A stretch of DNA of 64,000 nucleotides from Takakia lepidozioides (taxonomy: Eukaryota > Plantae > Bryophyta), in NCBI GenBank assembly GCA_030704615.1, contig CM060731.1:69130001-69194000 (forward strand). The letters are read 5' to 3'. The notes under the pieces are model-generated. The model did not search any database, was not told the DNA's origin, and saw only the letters and a list, made by a program, of their open reading frames with translations. Both the position numbers and the translations under genes were made by a program. The stretch's first letter is position 1. Each line of letters opens with the position of its first letter. Below, piece by piece: positions 1 through 12,463 of this stretch.

Positions 1-589
1 TGTATAGACTGTATTAGCTGGCACGCGTGCATTTTTAGTTGGCTCCCGCGTTGCTTTTTTCAAGTTAACTTCCCGCTTGATTTCTGTTATCTGCTTCGTA
101 TTCAATGAGTGAGAATGCTCTAATGACGTTGATGCGCTTGTCTACTACAATACAGTTTCTCATAATCCTTGGCAATTAGCTGATAGGAGCAATACTGTGG
201 CAAATGTTGGAAATCTGAAGATGTTAAATGCTGATGTTGACGATAATCAATTCATCAGTTGCATACTAGACTTTGCAACTATTGAGCAGTCCGACACTCA
301 TATTGTTGAGTCTGGTGTTGTTACTGAGTCCACTCCATCTGAGATCAATGTGCAATATGCAGATCCATCTGAGATCAAGAAATTGAAGAGATTGAGGACA
401 ATGAAACTGATGCACAAACTGGCGGTGATCCCTCCATCGCTTGAGGATTTTGGTCAGTTGATCCAGATGAAGAAAACATTGTCAATTCTGGAGATCACAG
501 GAAGTCCTCTGATGTTGATCGGTGGTCTAGGCGCCGCTTTGATGATTGGAGGAAACACATGAATATTCCTCAGGAAGAGTCGATAGAGG

Positions 590-1190
590 ATATGTACGAG
601 CGTGACGTGAAGAGCTTGTGAAACTACTTAGCGAGTTCTTCATGATGGTACAAAAGCAGGATGGCACATTATATCCCCCGGAGACGTAAGTATCCTTGTT
701 TCTTGTTTCTGTAATTTCTTATTGCAGTTTGTGTAATATTCTAATCCTAGTCAATGTGAATTGTGTAGGTTTGGAGGTTTATTTGGGGGATCGGTCGATT
801 GATTCGAGCGCGACTTGAGGCGCGAGCAATGGAGACTGGAGAGCCCGACTCCAGTTCAACATTCTTCGTGATTCTCGATTCAAACAAGTTCGAGTGTCAA
901 TTGACACTGCTATAAAGCGTTCAGGCAATCAGGGAATTGGACGCAAGCGCAAAGAATGCAAGGGCCTGTCTCGCAATGAAGAGCAGAATATTTTGAACTT
1001 ACCGATTACCTCTAGAGTTGATCCTAGAGGCTGTGTATACAGAATGTGCTTCTATTGTTCGAAGAACTTCTACATCAGGGCTCAGACCGAGATGTATAAC
1101 ATTGTTGACTCTGATTTCACTTTCGATTTTGACGCATTCGAAAATTTATCCGCTACGATGAACAGCAGAGCAAGAATCATAAAATAGACA
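590..1190 (+). pseudogene. Crypton-like / DUF3504-type tyrosine recombinase remnant with one intron (686-768)
   Basis: Spliced, frameshift-corrected translation reads LLSEFFMMVQKQDGTLYPPET|..IGRLIRARL..FNILRDSRFKQVRVSIDTAIKRSGNQGIGRKRK..LSRNEEQNIL..DPRG..FYIRAQTE. This follows the FF..V.K.DG..Y / GIG / P.G / F.IR..E pattern of Crypton/DUF3504 recombinases. Intron is GTAAG...TGTAG. The C-terminal half is missing. Confidence 0.55.
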
Positions 1191-4100
1191 TCGTACACTG
1201 TCAACCTGAAAAACTGAGGCGACCTGTAATGTCTCATATTCCAGACCTTGTCCTTACATTTGAAACTTTTTTTGACCACCGTCCAAAATGGCGTGAAGAT
1301 GATTAACCTGCACCTCATCCATTGTGTTTGAGGCCTTTGGAAGGGTAGTCGAAGGAGCCAGGAGTGGTGAGTAATTTTTTATGTTTTGGTCCCTGGAGTT
1401 TCTGCACTCTATTAATGTCAAGTGGGGCTCTCAAGTGGGGCTCTCGACTTCCTCTTTGACTTTGATGGTGTTTTCTCTTCAACTTCCTCATCATCGTCTT
1501 CAATTGATGCTTCAGTGGTAGACCTTTTTTTTTGAGTGGCTTTTTTTCCTTTTGAGTTTGCTCGGGCTCCTGCTCATCTCTTTTCCTAGAATAATGAGGC
1601 GTCCCTGAAATCTGGACCACTCCAAAGTGAAAATAGACTCACCCGGAACTGATCCATCGCGTGGGAACACAAATCCACTTTCCAACAACCCATCCTTGAG
1701 GTTCTTGTCCATATTGTCGTCTTTTACGCATACCCAATCGTCCGTCCTTTCTGCATCTTGAAGAAATACCACAACATACAGATCATCTACATCAAGCTAG
1801 ATCTTCATATCCAAAACATGTGCGCATTCCATCTCCAAAGCCCCAGGCTCATCTTCTTCCGTATACATGAATCGAAAAATATGGGCCGGAGGATTTTATC
1901 GCATATTGATTCCCCAAGAGGACACTCTATCTTACAAACGGAATATTGAGTTATGATCTGTTTCATATGCTGGAGACCGTTCAGAAATAAACTCCTTGGC
2001 GATGTCATAAGTCATGATAGGTTTGCATGCATCCGGACATTTCTTCTTGCACCATATCAAATAATTCTCTATCAGTAAGCCATCAAGATTGAGCTTAAGG
2101 ACTTTGAAACAGGGTCCGAAGTTGTTTCCATGTAGTACATATGGTGTACATGAAAGTCCAACTAACAAAAGAAGAGTGAAACACATAATTGACACACTAG
2201 GTAGAGGAGATTAAAATTGTTATTCCATGAGATATGGAGCATTTATTTCAATTATAGCTTCACATAATACATTGACATGTTGAGTAAACCCTATGCAAAT
2301 GTAAGAAAGTCTGTATCACTATCGATGTACAGTAGGTGGAGCCATATTGGGAAATTCTCGTGGTCCAATAGAGTTCTCATCAGTGGGAAGAACACAAGTT
2401 CCTTGGGATAGAGATTTCCTGAGTCTATGACCTGTGCTCCCTGGGCGCCCTAAAGTGAAATGAAGGTCTGTTAATCACGATCTCTGTGGGCGAGGGGCTT
2501 GACGCTCCCACGTCGTAATTCCCAAATGGATTTGGGAGTATTGACACTGAACTCAAAACATATCCAGGTGATTCGGGATAGTAACTACTTTGAGGCTCAA
2601 TTTTGGAACGGGGTGTAGAGAATCTTCCCACGGGTTACATCCTGAGTAATTCACTGAAGGGCTCCTTGAGATATTGTAGACTAGATGTGGAGGAGTTTTT
2701 GTTTGACCAGTGCATTTGTTTACATTGAAAGTCAAATCAGTGAATGACAACATGTTCTCTGTCGATGAGCTCTTTGGATTTATCAGCCCCTTAAAAATTA
2801 GGAAAGCAAGAGATTTGGGTTACAGGTGGGTGATTAGAGGGGATACTATGGGAGTTCTCGTCTTCAGCCTCTTCACATATAGTGGTTGGAAATCTGACAT
2901 TGAACTATGATGTACACCACCCATGAAGCAAATCTTCTCGATATTCTTTGGTTTGGACTCAGCTGTGGATGAGATCGGTGATATCGACAACTTTAATTGA
3001 TGTGCCTCCAATATCATTAAGGGACATACTCTTGGACATTTGGTTGCAATCTCCGCACTGTGCATGTTAGATAATCCTTATTGCAATTACTTCCAAAACT
3101 AATTTCAGGATTGTACGAAAAACAAAGCCAAATTTTGCATATGGCCCTTACAGAAATGTCGGCCTCCATAAATTAAACTTTTGGGTCTTGAGTCTCTAAA
3201 TAAATGTAAGCATATTATTTAAGAGTAAACAAAGATATTTGGATGCATTATCTGCTACCTCTATACCTCAATAGTTGGACTTCGTAACAAGGTTCGAAAT
3301 CTAACAAAAAAAAAAGACAAATTTGGGATCTCCAAACCTCCCTATATAAATATGTATGAATATCTAATATGATAAGAACAAGGAAATTGGAATAGATGTA
3401 TCCTTTGGAGATGGACTTCAGTAAAAATCTTAAAATTAAAGTTATTGCAGGTATATACCCATAAATAAATATATACGAATATCTAACACTACAAGAGATG
3501 AGCGTTTTTATGACTACGGATTTGGCGGAGTCATAAAAACGGCACTAGGTATACGACTATAGAGCGCTGAAATTCGTTGCAGTCATAGTTTTATCACTTT
3601 ATAGTAATGGATATCACCACATGACTCCGGAAAATGAGGGAGCATTGGTCAAACATTGTTGACCATGATGACAAGGATGGTTTTATGACTAGTGTGATAT
3701 GTTTGACTACACGTGGACGACGTTTCATGGAATCTGGTGACTCCATGACTGAAGATGGTTTTACAGCTCTATTTATACGACTACATCCCTACACGTGTCA
3801 TTTTGAAAGCACATACATGAATGTATTCATCCATTGGATGAGTTTATCCATCGATGACATGGCATGTAAACTTATGAGTCCCTTACTGCAAATTGTAACT
3901 CTATATATATGACTACATCACTACACATGTCATTTAAAAAGCATATACATTAATGAATTCATTCAATGGATGGGTTCATCCATCCGCCTATACGGTGTGT
4001 CGATTTGATATCTGTTCAATAAATTGGATCTGGATGGACGTGGCTTAACAAGGATCGCAAGATATATGAGATTAAAATACGTGGTTGTACAAGGTTAGAT

Positions 4101-4248
4101 CAAGTGATGGAAATTATTTTGAATCATTAGATTTTACAGGATCTAACGGTCTAGATTGTTTAAGATCTAACGGTTTAAGATTACACCGCCGAACTTTACA
4201 CCGGGCTGGGACTTGGGCTTTTTTGTCTCCTGTGTTTCACCATCTATT

Positions 4249-4911
4249 TGATGTTGTGTCATGGAACGCGATGATCGCAGGATATGCAAGAGCGTGGGAT
4301 GGAGGCTTTGCAGACCTTCCTACTCTTGAGCAAATGATGCAGGAAGGAGAAGGGGAGGAGGAGAGGAGACGAGGAGAAGATCCCAACATTCTTGTGAGCT
4401 CGCTGTTTTTGGGAGAGAGACGAAACGAGGAGACGCTCGCCATTCTTGGGAGAGTCAGCTTGGTCTTAGCATGCCGTGTTTCAATCTCTGCCTGCACATG
4501 TATGTCAAATGTGGGTGCATCGAGGATGCAAAGGGAGTGTTCAACACTGTGGCTGAACGAGATGTGGTGTCATGGAGTGCGATGTTTGCAGGGTATGCAC
4601 AACAGGGGCGTGGGATGGAGGCTTTGGAGACCTATGAGCAAATTATGAGGGAAGGGATACTGAAGCCCGACCACATAACGTGTATATGTGTTTGCAATGG
4701 GTGTGCAAGCCTGGCAGCCCTGGAAAAGGGCAAAAGGTCCATGGTTGCATCGTCAAAGCTGCAAATGTACCAGATGTCATTTTGAACACTCCCCTGGTGG
4801 ACAATATGTATGCCAAATGTAGGTGTAGCAAGGATGCAAAGGGAGTGTTCAACAACATGGCTGAACAAGATGTGGTGTCTTGGAGTACCATGATGACCAC
4901 CTTCCCCGGTG

Positions 4912-4968
<57 letters not shown>

Positions 4969-5945
4969 CTCTGATGCCCTCACACTGTCCAGTGGAAATA
5001 CAGTTAGGCATTAAACCTCCCTAAATTTGTTATGAATATGTGACATGGGCAAGGACCTTAAGGACTATCTCAATGACCTACCTGCCCTCGTCACTAGACT
5101 GAAATTTAAACTCGGGGTGGGACAACTACAAGTGCATCCACGAGCTACCACATTTAACATACATGTTGACAAGGGTGTTGTGTAGAAAAGCATTTAATGC
5201 CTTCAATCCACTTAATATAATGTGAGCATATGCACCTGATTTTCAGTTTGCAGGCCTTTCAGCTTGATGCTCTTATGCTTGAGACAGGGGACTTAGGTAT
5301 CTGAATATGCTGAAATTATGCCTAACTGGTTGAAGTTTGTAGAGCCTCTTTCAGTTGCAGGATGGAGAAGGCAGGGGGCAAGGAGGCAGGGGAAAAATAG
5401 AATACTGTTCAGTATGACTCTTGGAGCCATTCCAGCTTAAAATGTGATGATGTCTCCATTGGGGCATGGACCTCTTGGTCGTTTACAAGGGACTTGGTAG
5501 GGTCATCATGATCATAGGAGTGTATGAAGGCTGATAGTCCTGGAATTTTATAACCAGATGTCATTCTGAACATCCCCTAATTCTGGACATATATGCCAAT
5601 GTCAACGGAGTGTTCAACACTATGGCTAAACGAGATGTGGTGTCGTGGAGTGCGATGCTTGCAGGGTATGCACAGTAGGGGTGCGGGATGGAGGCTTTGG
5701 ATACCTATAAGCCAATGATGGGGGAAGGGGTGAAGCTCGACCACATCATTTTAGTGTGTGTTTGCAGTGCGTGTACAAGCCTGGCAGCCCTGGAAAAGGG
5801 CAAAGAGGTGCATGGTTGCATCACCAAAGCTGGAATTGTACCATATGTGATTCTGAACAATACCTCGTGGACATGTATGCCAAATGTGGGAGCATTGAGG
5901 ATGCGGAGGGAGCCTTCAACACTATGGCTGAACGAAATCGTGTGA
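4249..5945 (+). pseudogene. Captured PLS-class PPR gene fragments (4249-4350, 4495-4900, 5557-5945)
   Basis: Repeats such as DVVSWNAMIAGYA, MYVKCGCIEDAKGVFNTVAERDVVSWSAMFAGYAQQGRGMEAL..KPDHIT..CASLAALEKGK..VHGCI and LVDMYAKCGSIEDA. Broken by frameshifts and stops. Confidence 0.88.
4914..4965 (+). repeat. (CT)n microsatellite
   Basis: About 26 consecutive TC units directly after a GTGAG donor-like site. Confidence 0.95.
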
Positions 5946-6078
5946 TAAGTTGAGTTGGTTGTTTCCTAGAACAAATATAGGTTGTCATTGTCAGCTGCTA
6001 GCAGCAAGGTAAGGATTTATGCATGATTTGTGCAGAGGCATGGATAGGTGAAGGAGCAGGGATAGAGTGTGGGTCCAG

Positions 6079-6900
6079 ATTCATGTAAGAGGGCCAGATT
6101 TCAAGCTCCAGATTACCTATGATTCCCTGTGTCGAAGGATAGCTACAAGAAACCTGCATGGGTAGATGGTCAACTGGAATTTGCCGTAGCAGCGGCTCAA
6201 TTGATAAATCAGGCACTGGTAACGAAGACACCTTCTTCAATAGCACATCGGCTACAAGTGGGTAGATGGTCTACTAGAAACAGCGGCAGCAACACAATTG
6301 ATAGAATAAGACACTACTAATGAAGGTACCTTCTTCAACATATTCCACCCTGTTTTCCCCTGCTATCAGAGTCGTCCCTATATTTTCATGTTGAATTCTG
6401 CAAGTTAGCTCCGCGTTGGTGGATCTCTAGTGGTTTTGGAATGATTTTGATATGTTATTGCCAATGTGGTCGACAGGAAAGTATTGAAAAAACAGATAAC
6501 AGAGACGAGGAGAAGCTCTGTTCCAAAGAATACGTTTCCGACCCCAGTCAATGGTGGAACAATCGAGGCAAAAAAGTGAATGCTTGTTGGAAGTAGACGC
6601 AAGTCAGCAAGTATGGTAAGTAGGGTTGGGGTGTTTGCTAGAACAATTCTAGGCTGTCATTGTCAGCTACTAGGAGCAAGGCAATGATATATACATGATT
6701 TGTGCAGAAGCATGGATAGCTGAAGGAGCAGGGATATAGTGCATGGGTCCAGATTCATCCAAGAGGGCCGGATTTCAATCTCCAGATTACCTATGATTCC
6801 TTGTGGAAGGATAGCTACAAGAAACCTGCATGGATAGACGATCAATTGGTTGGTCTTGAGCTGAAGAGCACGACCCCTACAGGGATGTCTCTCCATCTGT
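6079..6900 (+). pseudogene. OSB-type PDF-motif coding fragments captured in CACTA copy 1
   Basis: 6483-6575 reads EKLCSKEYVSDPSQWWNNRGKK, then a GT..AG intron (6576-6752), then IHPRGPDFNLQITYDSLWKDSYKKPAWIDDQL. A second half-motif at 6079-6180 reads IHVRGPDFKLQITYDSL..KPAWVDGQL. These match the WWDNR..K.NP..PDF...LW...P.WV pattern. Confidence 0.6.
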
Positions 6901-8233
6901 AGATATTTTAGGAAGTGGAAGGCTAGGGCCCAGCTTTCTTATGACATTGTTAGCTGATTTTCAGTTCTTCTCCTTAGCTCGGTGTCTTTCTGTTTCCAAA
7001 TTATGGCAGTAGTTTCTGGTTGCAGTCTCTTTTCCTGCTAGACTCTTTAGCTCTATGCAGACCCCCTTCTTTGCTTGCCTTCTTTCTTACTACTCTGTCT
7101 TGTCTTGGTACGCGAAGCTGTGTCTTCCTCTTTCAGCCTCTATGGCACTCTATCCAGAGGTTATTTTTTCCTCTTTGTATCCAAGGACATTTTATGTCCA
7201 TTACCTATAAAGTTATGGAGGCCACTGTCCCCCACTATCCCTCTTTGTTAACAAAAATAATAATAATAATAATAAAAGACAACAATGGCTTCCATTCTAT
7301 TTTCCTAGAAACCTAATGAGAATTTAAATCAATTAATAATCTAAATATTATAATTGTATGATTTAATTTATTAAAATAAAATATTATTAAAAAACCTCTT
7401 TAGTCATGAAGTTATATACTCATGACTACATCATGGCAACGTGGCATTATATGATACGATATTCTTTCCCACGTGTAAGTCATATATGTTGTCCATGTGG
7501 ACACGTGTCACATCCGGAGTGCTACATGTGTCTCTCTGGCGCCTCTCCAACGGAGTCATACTTTGTAGACATGTAATCATATAGTTAGTCATATATAAAT
7601 CATATAGTTGTGACTACATCCTCTCTACAGCATGACTCTAGGTGCCACACACGCAGTCACGGCTATGACTTGCAAAACGCAGTCCTAAAGACTAGTCGCT
7701 ATGACAGGGCTTTTTTCACTGCAGAGTGATGTAGTCATGAACGCATATAGGACTGAAAAAATAGTCATATGTGTAGTCATAAAAACGCTCATCTGTTGTA
7801 GTGTAATATGAATAAGAACAAGGATTCAGTAGATGTATCCACTGGAGATGGACTTCATAATAGGGTCCAAAGGCCATGCCATAGACAGATAAGTCAATTA
7901 ACGATTGCAAGACTTCTACATTGAAATATACAATAACATTGGAATGCAATCTCTGTAATATCTATAGATAGACGTTGTAATAGGGTTCGAAATCCATCTC
8001 AAAAAGAGAGAGAGATAAACTTAGGATCTCAAGACCTCCATAAATAAATATCCATGAATATCTAATCTGACCAAGAACAAAAAGAATTGGAGAACTTATA
8101 TATGAGTTTGCATTAAGACATGGCAGTTATTTAGTGATGGCAAGGTAGGTGGTGGCCTTGAGAATGGACTTCGTAATAGAGTCCGAAGTCCACAGAGTCA
8201 AAGACCTAACTTGAAAATTTACTTTATTTCTAA

Positions 8234-8358
8234 TATATATATATATATATATATATCACATACTAGTTTTAAATATAATATATTATAATATATTCATTAA
8301 TTTATTATAAATAAACTATTACCTTATATATTATATTATATTATATTATATTATATTA
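8234..8358. repeat. (TA)n and (TTATA)n low-complexity tract
   Basis: Direct inspection. Confidence 0.9.
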
Positions 8359-11300
8359 TACATAACAGATAATAATAAAATATATGTATATTGATATATA
8401 TACAATCTGTGTTATGGATCTTGGGAGCCATCTGAAGTCGACGACTGAAGGATCAAATGACAAATTCATAAATATATAGTTAACATTACATTTAAAACTA
8501 GTATGTGAGATCCCACTCCGAATGTTGAATGACATGCTCCAAGAGCGATTTGATTGAATCAATGGAAATATCATTTGAAGCCGAATATTGGTAACAGTTG
8601 CGAAGCAGGAGCTCAAACCTTGTAACAAAGTTGAAGTACACATAAAATGAAGCTGTAATAACTATCACTATTCTCACATGTATAAAGGGCTATGACCTCT
8701 AAAGACTACCATAGAGGGCCTAAATATCTGATCATATATGCCCTAAGAATATCATGAATCGATCTATTAAATATATGTAATTGAATATGCCATATGAGCA
8801 TCATGAATCGATTGTACTAAATTGATTATGGATTTTATGTTAGATTGATTCTGGGTTTGATAGTAAATCGATTTTATGTTTGCTTGTGAGTTTGGGCCGG
8901 TATCAGACCCAAATTCGATATCTATATTTGTCCATGAATTTAGGGTTTCAGGGTTTCATACATATGAAACAGTGACCGTGTGTTAAATGTCACACCGTTT
9001 CAGACCGTGTTATGATGGAGAAAGAATTAAAAACATGAATCATGTATTTGTTCTTCATGAGAGGCTGTATTTGTTTAGACCATCGGCACTGTGTTCACAA
9101 ACGTAGATATCTATGAATATTAAGTAATCGTCCGAAACAGGAAGAGTCATCTTTAGTCCGCCGTTGGCTTGCATCTTGCCGTTGTTCGATGGCTGGTTGT
9201 AACTCGTCTCAATAACATAATGAACACTCAAACTTACACTAGTTAATAATCTTTAACAAATCTAAAGTGCATCTGGATCATGACCTGAAACAAAATTTCT
9301 CTCTAACACTAATTCTCCATCCTACAAATCTCTTTAACACTAATACTCCAGATTTGTCTTGCAAATCTAAGGTATTCTCCTTACTCACAAAGATTATACG
9401 CTCACATTTCGCTCGTTCCACGCTCTCACTGTTTCTTTCACACAAGCCGATCGAGTAGTTTGGCTTCTTCGTGGAAAACAAAAACTAAAAGAGAGAGATA
9501 GCTCTTTCCTTCACGATATAGACTTTGCAAATCGCTCATCTTCCCCACTGTTGCATCTGAGTCCGATCCGACGGTTGTGGCGATTGCTGCAGAAGTTTAA
9601 CAACCTCATTGTAACCCATTCTTGGAGGGGAATTGAGCTCCAATAAGAGGCCGTAGCTGTTCAAAGGTGAAGTAATATCTGTTTGTGCCGATTTTGGCTG
9701 AAGGTTGTTTTCTTTTCTTTTTTTTTTAATGTTTTTTTATTTGCAATAGAGTCGTTGACGCACCTGTTTTGCAGCCCTCTCAACCCTATATATATATTTT
9801 ATTTTTATTTTTTTCTCTTCCGAGGGCTACAAACTTCATGGTTGACTATCACGTGCAACAAGCGAATGTCATGGCAGCCCACCAGCAATTTCTGTCTATG
9901 ATGCTTCTCAAGTGCATGAAAATGCACAAGTGGAGGTATTCAAGAAGGCGGCCATTGGATGGGTAGAAGGGGTGAATTCTCCACCACAATTTCATGTGCT
10001 ACTATTTCATGAATTTGGATTTGCATAGTTAGTTGCAAAAGTCTATAGAACACGTTGCAGCATTATCAAAGTATGAACCAAAAAGAGTGGTCCAGCTCTA
10101 AGTCAATGGAGGGGTTCAGGTGTTCGCAGGGATCAACAACAAAGATAGGATAATAAAATGCAAGATGAAGCAAGGGAGAACAAAGTACGAGAGACTTGTT
10201 GTGGAAGCTTATATTGAATGTCTTGGGTTTTGAGAGACGTCCATTCTTTATCCAATGCACGTCATTTGCAATCCAATGTACTGTTAGTGCATGGGAAGCT
10301 CAAGCTCCTACTTCCTCCTTTATTGCAGGACGTACCAAAAAATATTGGGCAGAACACATGCAGGATTCAGAATAGTGCACTCGGAGAAATCCCAATGGGG
10401 ATGAATGTGCAGGTCACAGACTAGCTAGTCAAAGGCCAATGATTCTTGTGCGGCCACCTCATCCTAATTCTTACAAACAGAAGCCACTGACTCGAGATGA
10501 CATATACTCAAGAGCTCTAGAAACAACAAAGACATTCATTTTGGAGGGAGAGATCGATGCTCTTGGTGAACCACCAAAGATGGTTGCCCCTACAGGCTTG
10601 TTCATTTTGTTGTCACAAACCGCAGATATCATGGACCCAAGTATCATCAAGGATTTTGTTGCATGCCTCAAACTCTTGAGGGACATGAAGTGCAATAACC
10701 CTGGCAATCGAGCTGAAGCCTGATGTAAGAACCTCTTATCTAAGTCCATTAATCTATCTTTGTTACAAGTGCATTTCCTACCTGCTTAAATTTTTGGGAA
10801 TTGCAAGACACATTGGCATAGATAACCATGTTCATTTGTTATAAGCATTATTAACTTAGAAGCAAAGATAAGATGGTCATGCAACTTTGCTATTTCTGTA
10901 GGGTCCAAGAGGACAACCACACCTTGGACTTGTGTAGGCCATTTTGGATAATTTTAGACGTCTATGAAATGGGGAACCTAAGGTAGATCAGGCACGAACT
11001 GTCACGGACTTAGCCCAAAGGAACTTACCAGGAATAAATACCAAAAGTTACTATATTACCATAAAGGTGGACACCGAAAAGTGTCACCCCGGTCCTCCTC
11101 AGAAAATGGTTCTGCATCAATACACAAGGGTTGCGAACAGAGGGCCAAAGTGTAAGTTATCAATCTATTGCATTCACCTCATATTGTGGTGTATCTAAAC
11201 AAGATCCCGGAGTTGATCCCTCTTTTGTTGGATGTGCAGACATTGGTGTTTGAGGCATATTGCTTTGTGAAGAGAGGGCCTACGTTCATTAGCTATCAAG

Positions 11301-11569
11301 TTACCGAAAGTTTACCAAATTACCGATAATAACTTGGGAAACTGCTTAGGAAGCTTCATTTGGAGGAAACTTCTCCATCAAAAAACTTTGTTTAACCTTG
11401 GACAGTTTGGCGAGACTAAAGTTTGTTCCTTAGTTAGTTAAGATGGAAGACACATTTGCAGAGTCTTCAACTCCAGATGCAAGAACTTTGTACCTCTACC
11501 GCCCAATTACAAGCTGATCAATCTCAAGATCTTGGCAACGCTCTCCACAATTTGCAACAATAAATTTCA

Positions 11570-12463
11570 AAATTAAATGAGTCGAACAATGGATCTTCAA
11601 CCATACAAGTCCCTACTGCAACAGCTCCTACTCCAACGGTTCCTCTTCAACAGATCACGAGAGAACCAAAGATCAGCATGCCCGAGAAATTTGATGGGAC
11701 GAGATCAAGATTTCGCGGTTTTGTTCAACAAGTACGACTATTGCTACGACTACATCCACAACACTACCCCGATGAAGATTTGCAAGTGGGATTCGTGGGC
11801 ACCCTTCTATCAAGCAATACCCTATCTTGGTTTGCACCGCTATTAGAAAAAAATTCGCATTTACTGTACAATTTTGAAGCATTCATGTCCGAGTTCACTG
11901 CAACGTTTGGAGAGAATGATAGAGAGAGAGTTGCAGAGACAAAGATGCGAAATCTTCGACAAAGAGCACGTCCTGCTTCCGTTTATGTTGCCGAATCTAG
12001 ACAACTTGCGTGCGACCTCGACTGGAATGATAAGAGCCTCATTAGTCAGTTTCGATGTTGGCTAAAAGAGGATGTAAAAAATTTGTTGTTGACAATGCTA
12101 AATGTGAGCACACTGAACGAATTCATCACCCAAATCATTGCATGCGATAATCGTTTGTTCGAAAGACGTCAAGAGAAACGATTTGGATGGTCGACAACAC
12201 ATCATGCCGCTGCTACTACGACACCAAACACAACGATCCATCAGACATCCGGTAGTGATCCTATGTAGATTGATGTTGTCCGATTCAAGCCATTGACGCC
12301 ACAAGAAAAACAAAGACGGCGCTTGAATGGATTATGCCTCTATTGCGGAGAAGAAGATCACATAGCATTAAACTGCCCCCACAAGAGAAGATTCAAAGCT
12401 CGGGGCGCAACTCAAGTGTTCGATACAAGGAGGTTAGAAAACGAAGATGTCCAGTCACAGTAG
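11570..12463 (+). pseudogene. gag: Chromovirus gag
   Basis: PEKFDGTRSRFRGFVQQVRL..LRQ..ASVY.., PM*IDVVR and zinc knuckle CLYCGEEDHIALNC. Internal stop present. Confidence 0.85.

Larger units (their letters stand above)
3487..7803 (+). mobile_element. Non-autonomous CACTA (Pack-CACTA) element, copy 1
   Basis: Starts CACTACAAGAGATGAGCGTTTTTATGACT and ends AGTCATAAAAACGCTCATCTGTTGTAGTG. 3-bp TSD TAA (3484-3486, 7804-7806). Many ATGACT/AGTCAT subterminal repeats. No transposase inside. Confidence 0.92.

Noticed and set aside
4085-5953. Functional host PPR gene
   Set aside because: Short frameshifted fragments enclosed within CACTA termini.
8400-10990. Short ORFs in the AT-rich interval
   Set aside because: No recognisable motifs or consistent exon chain.
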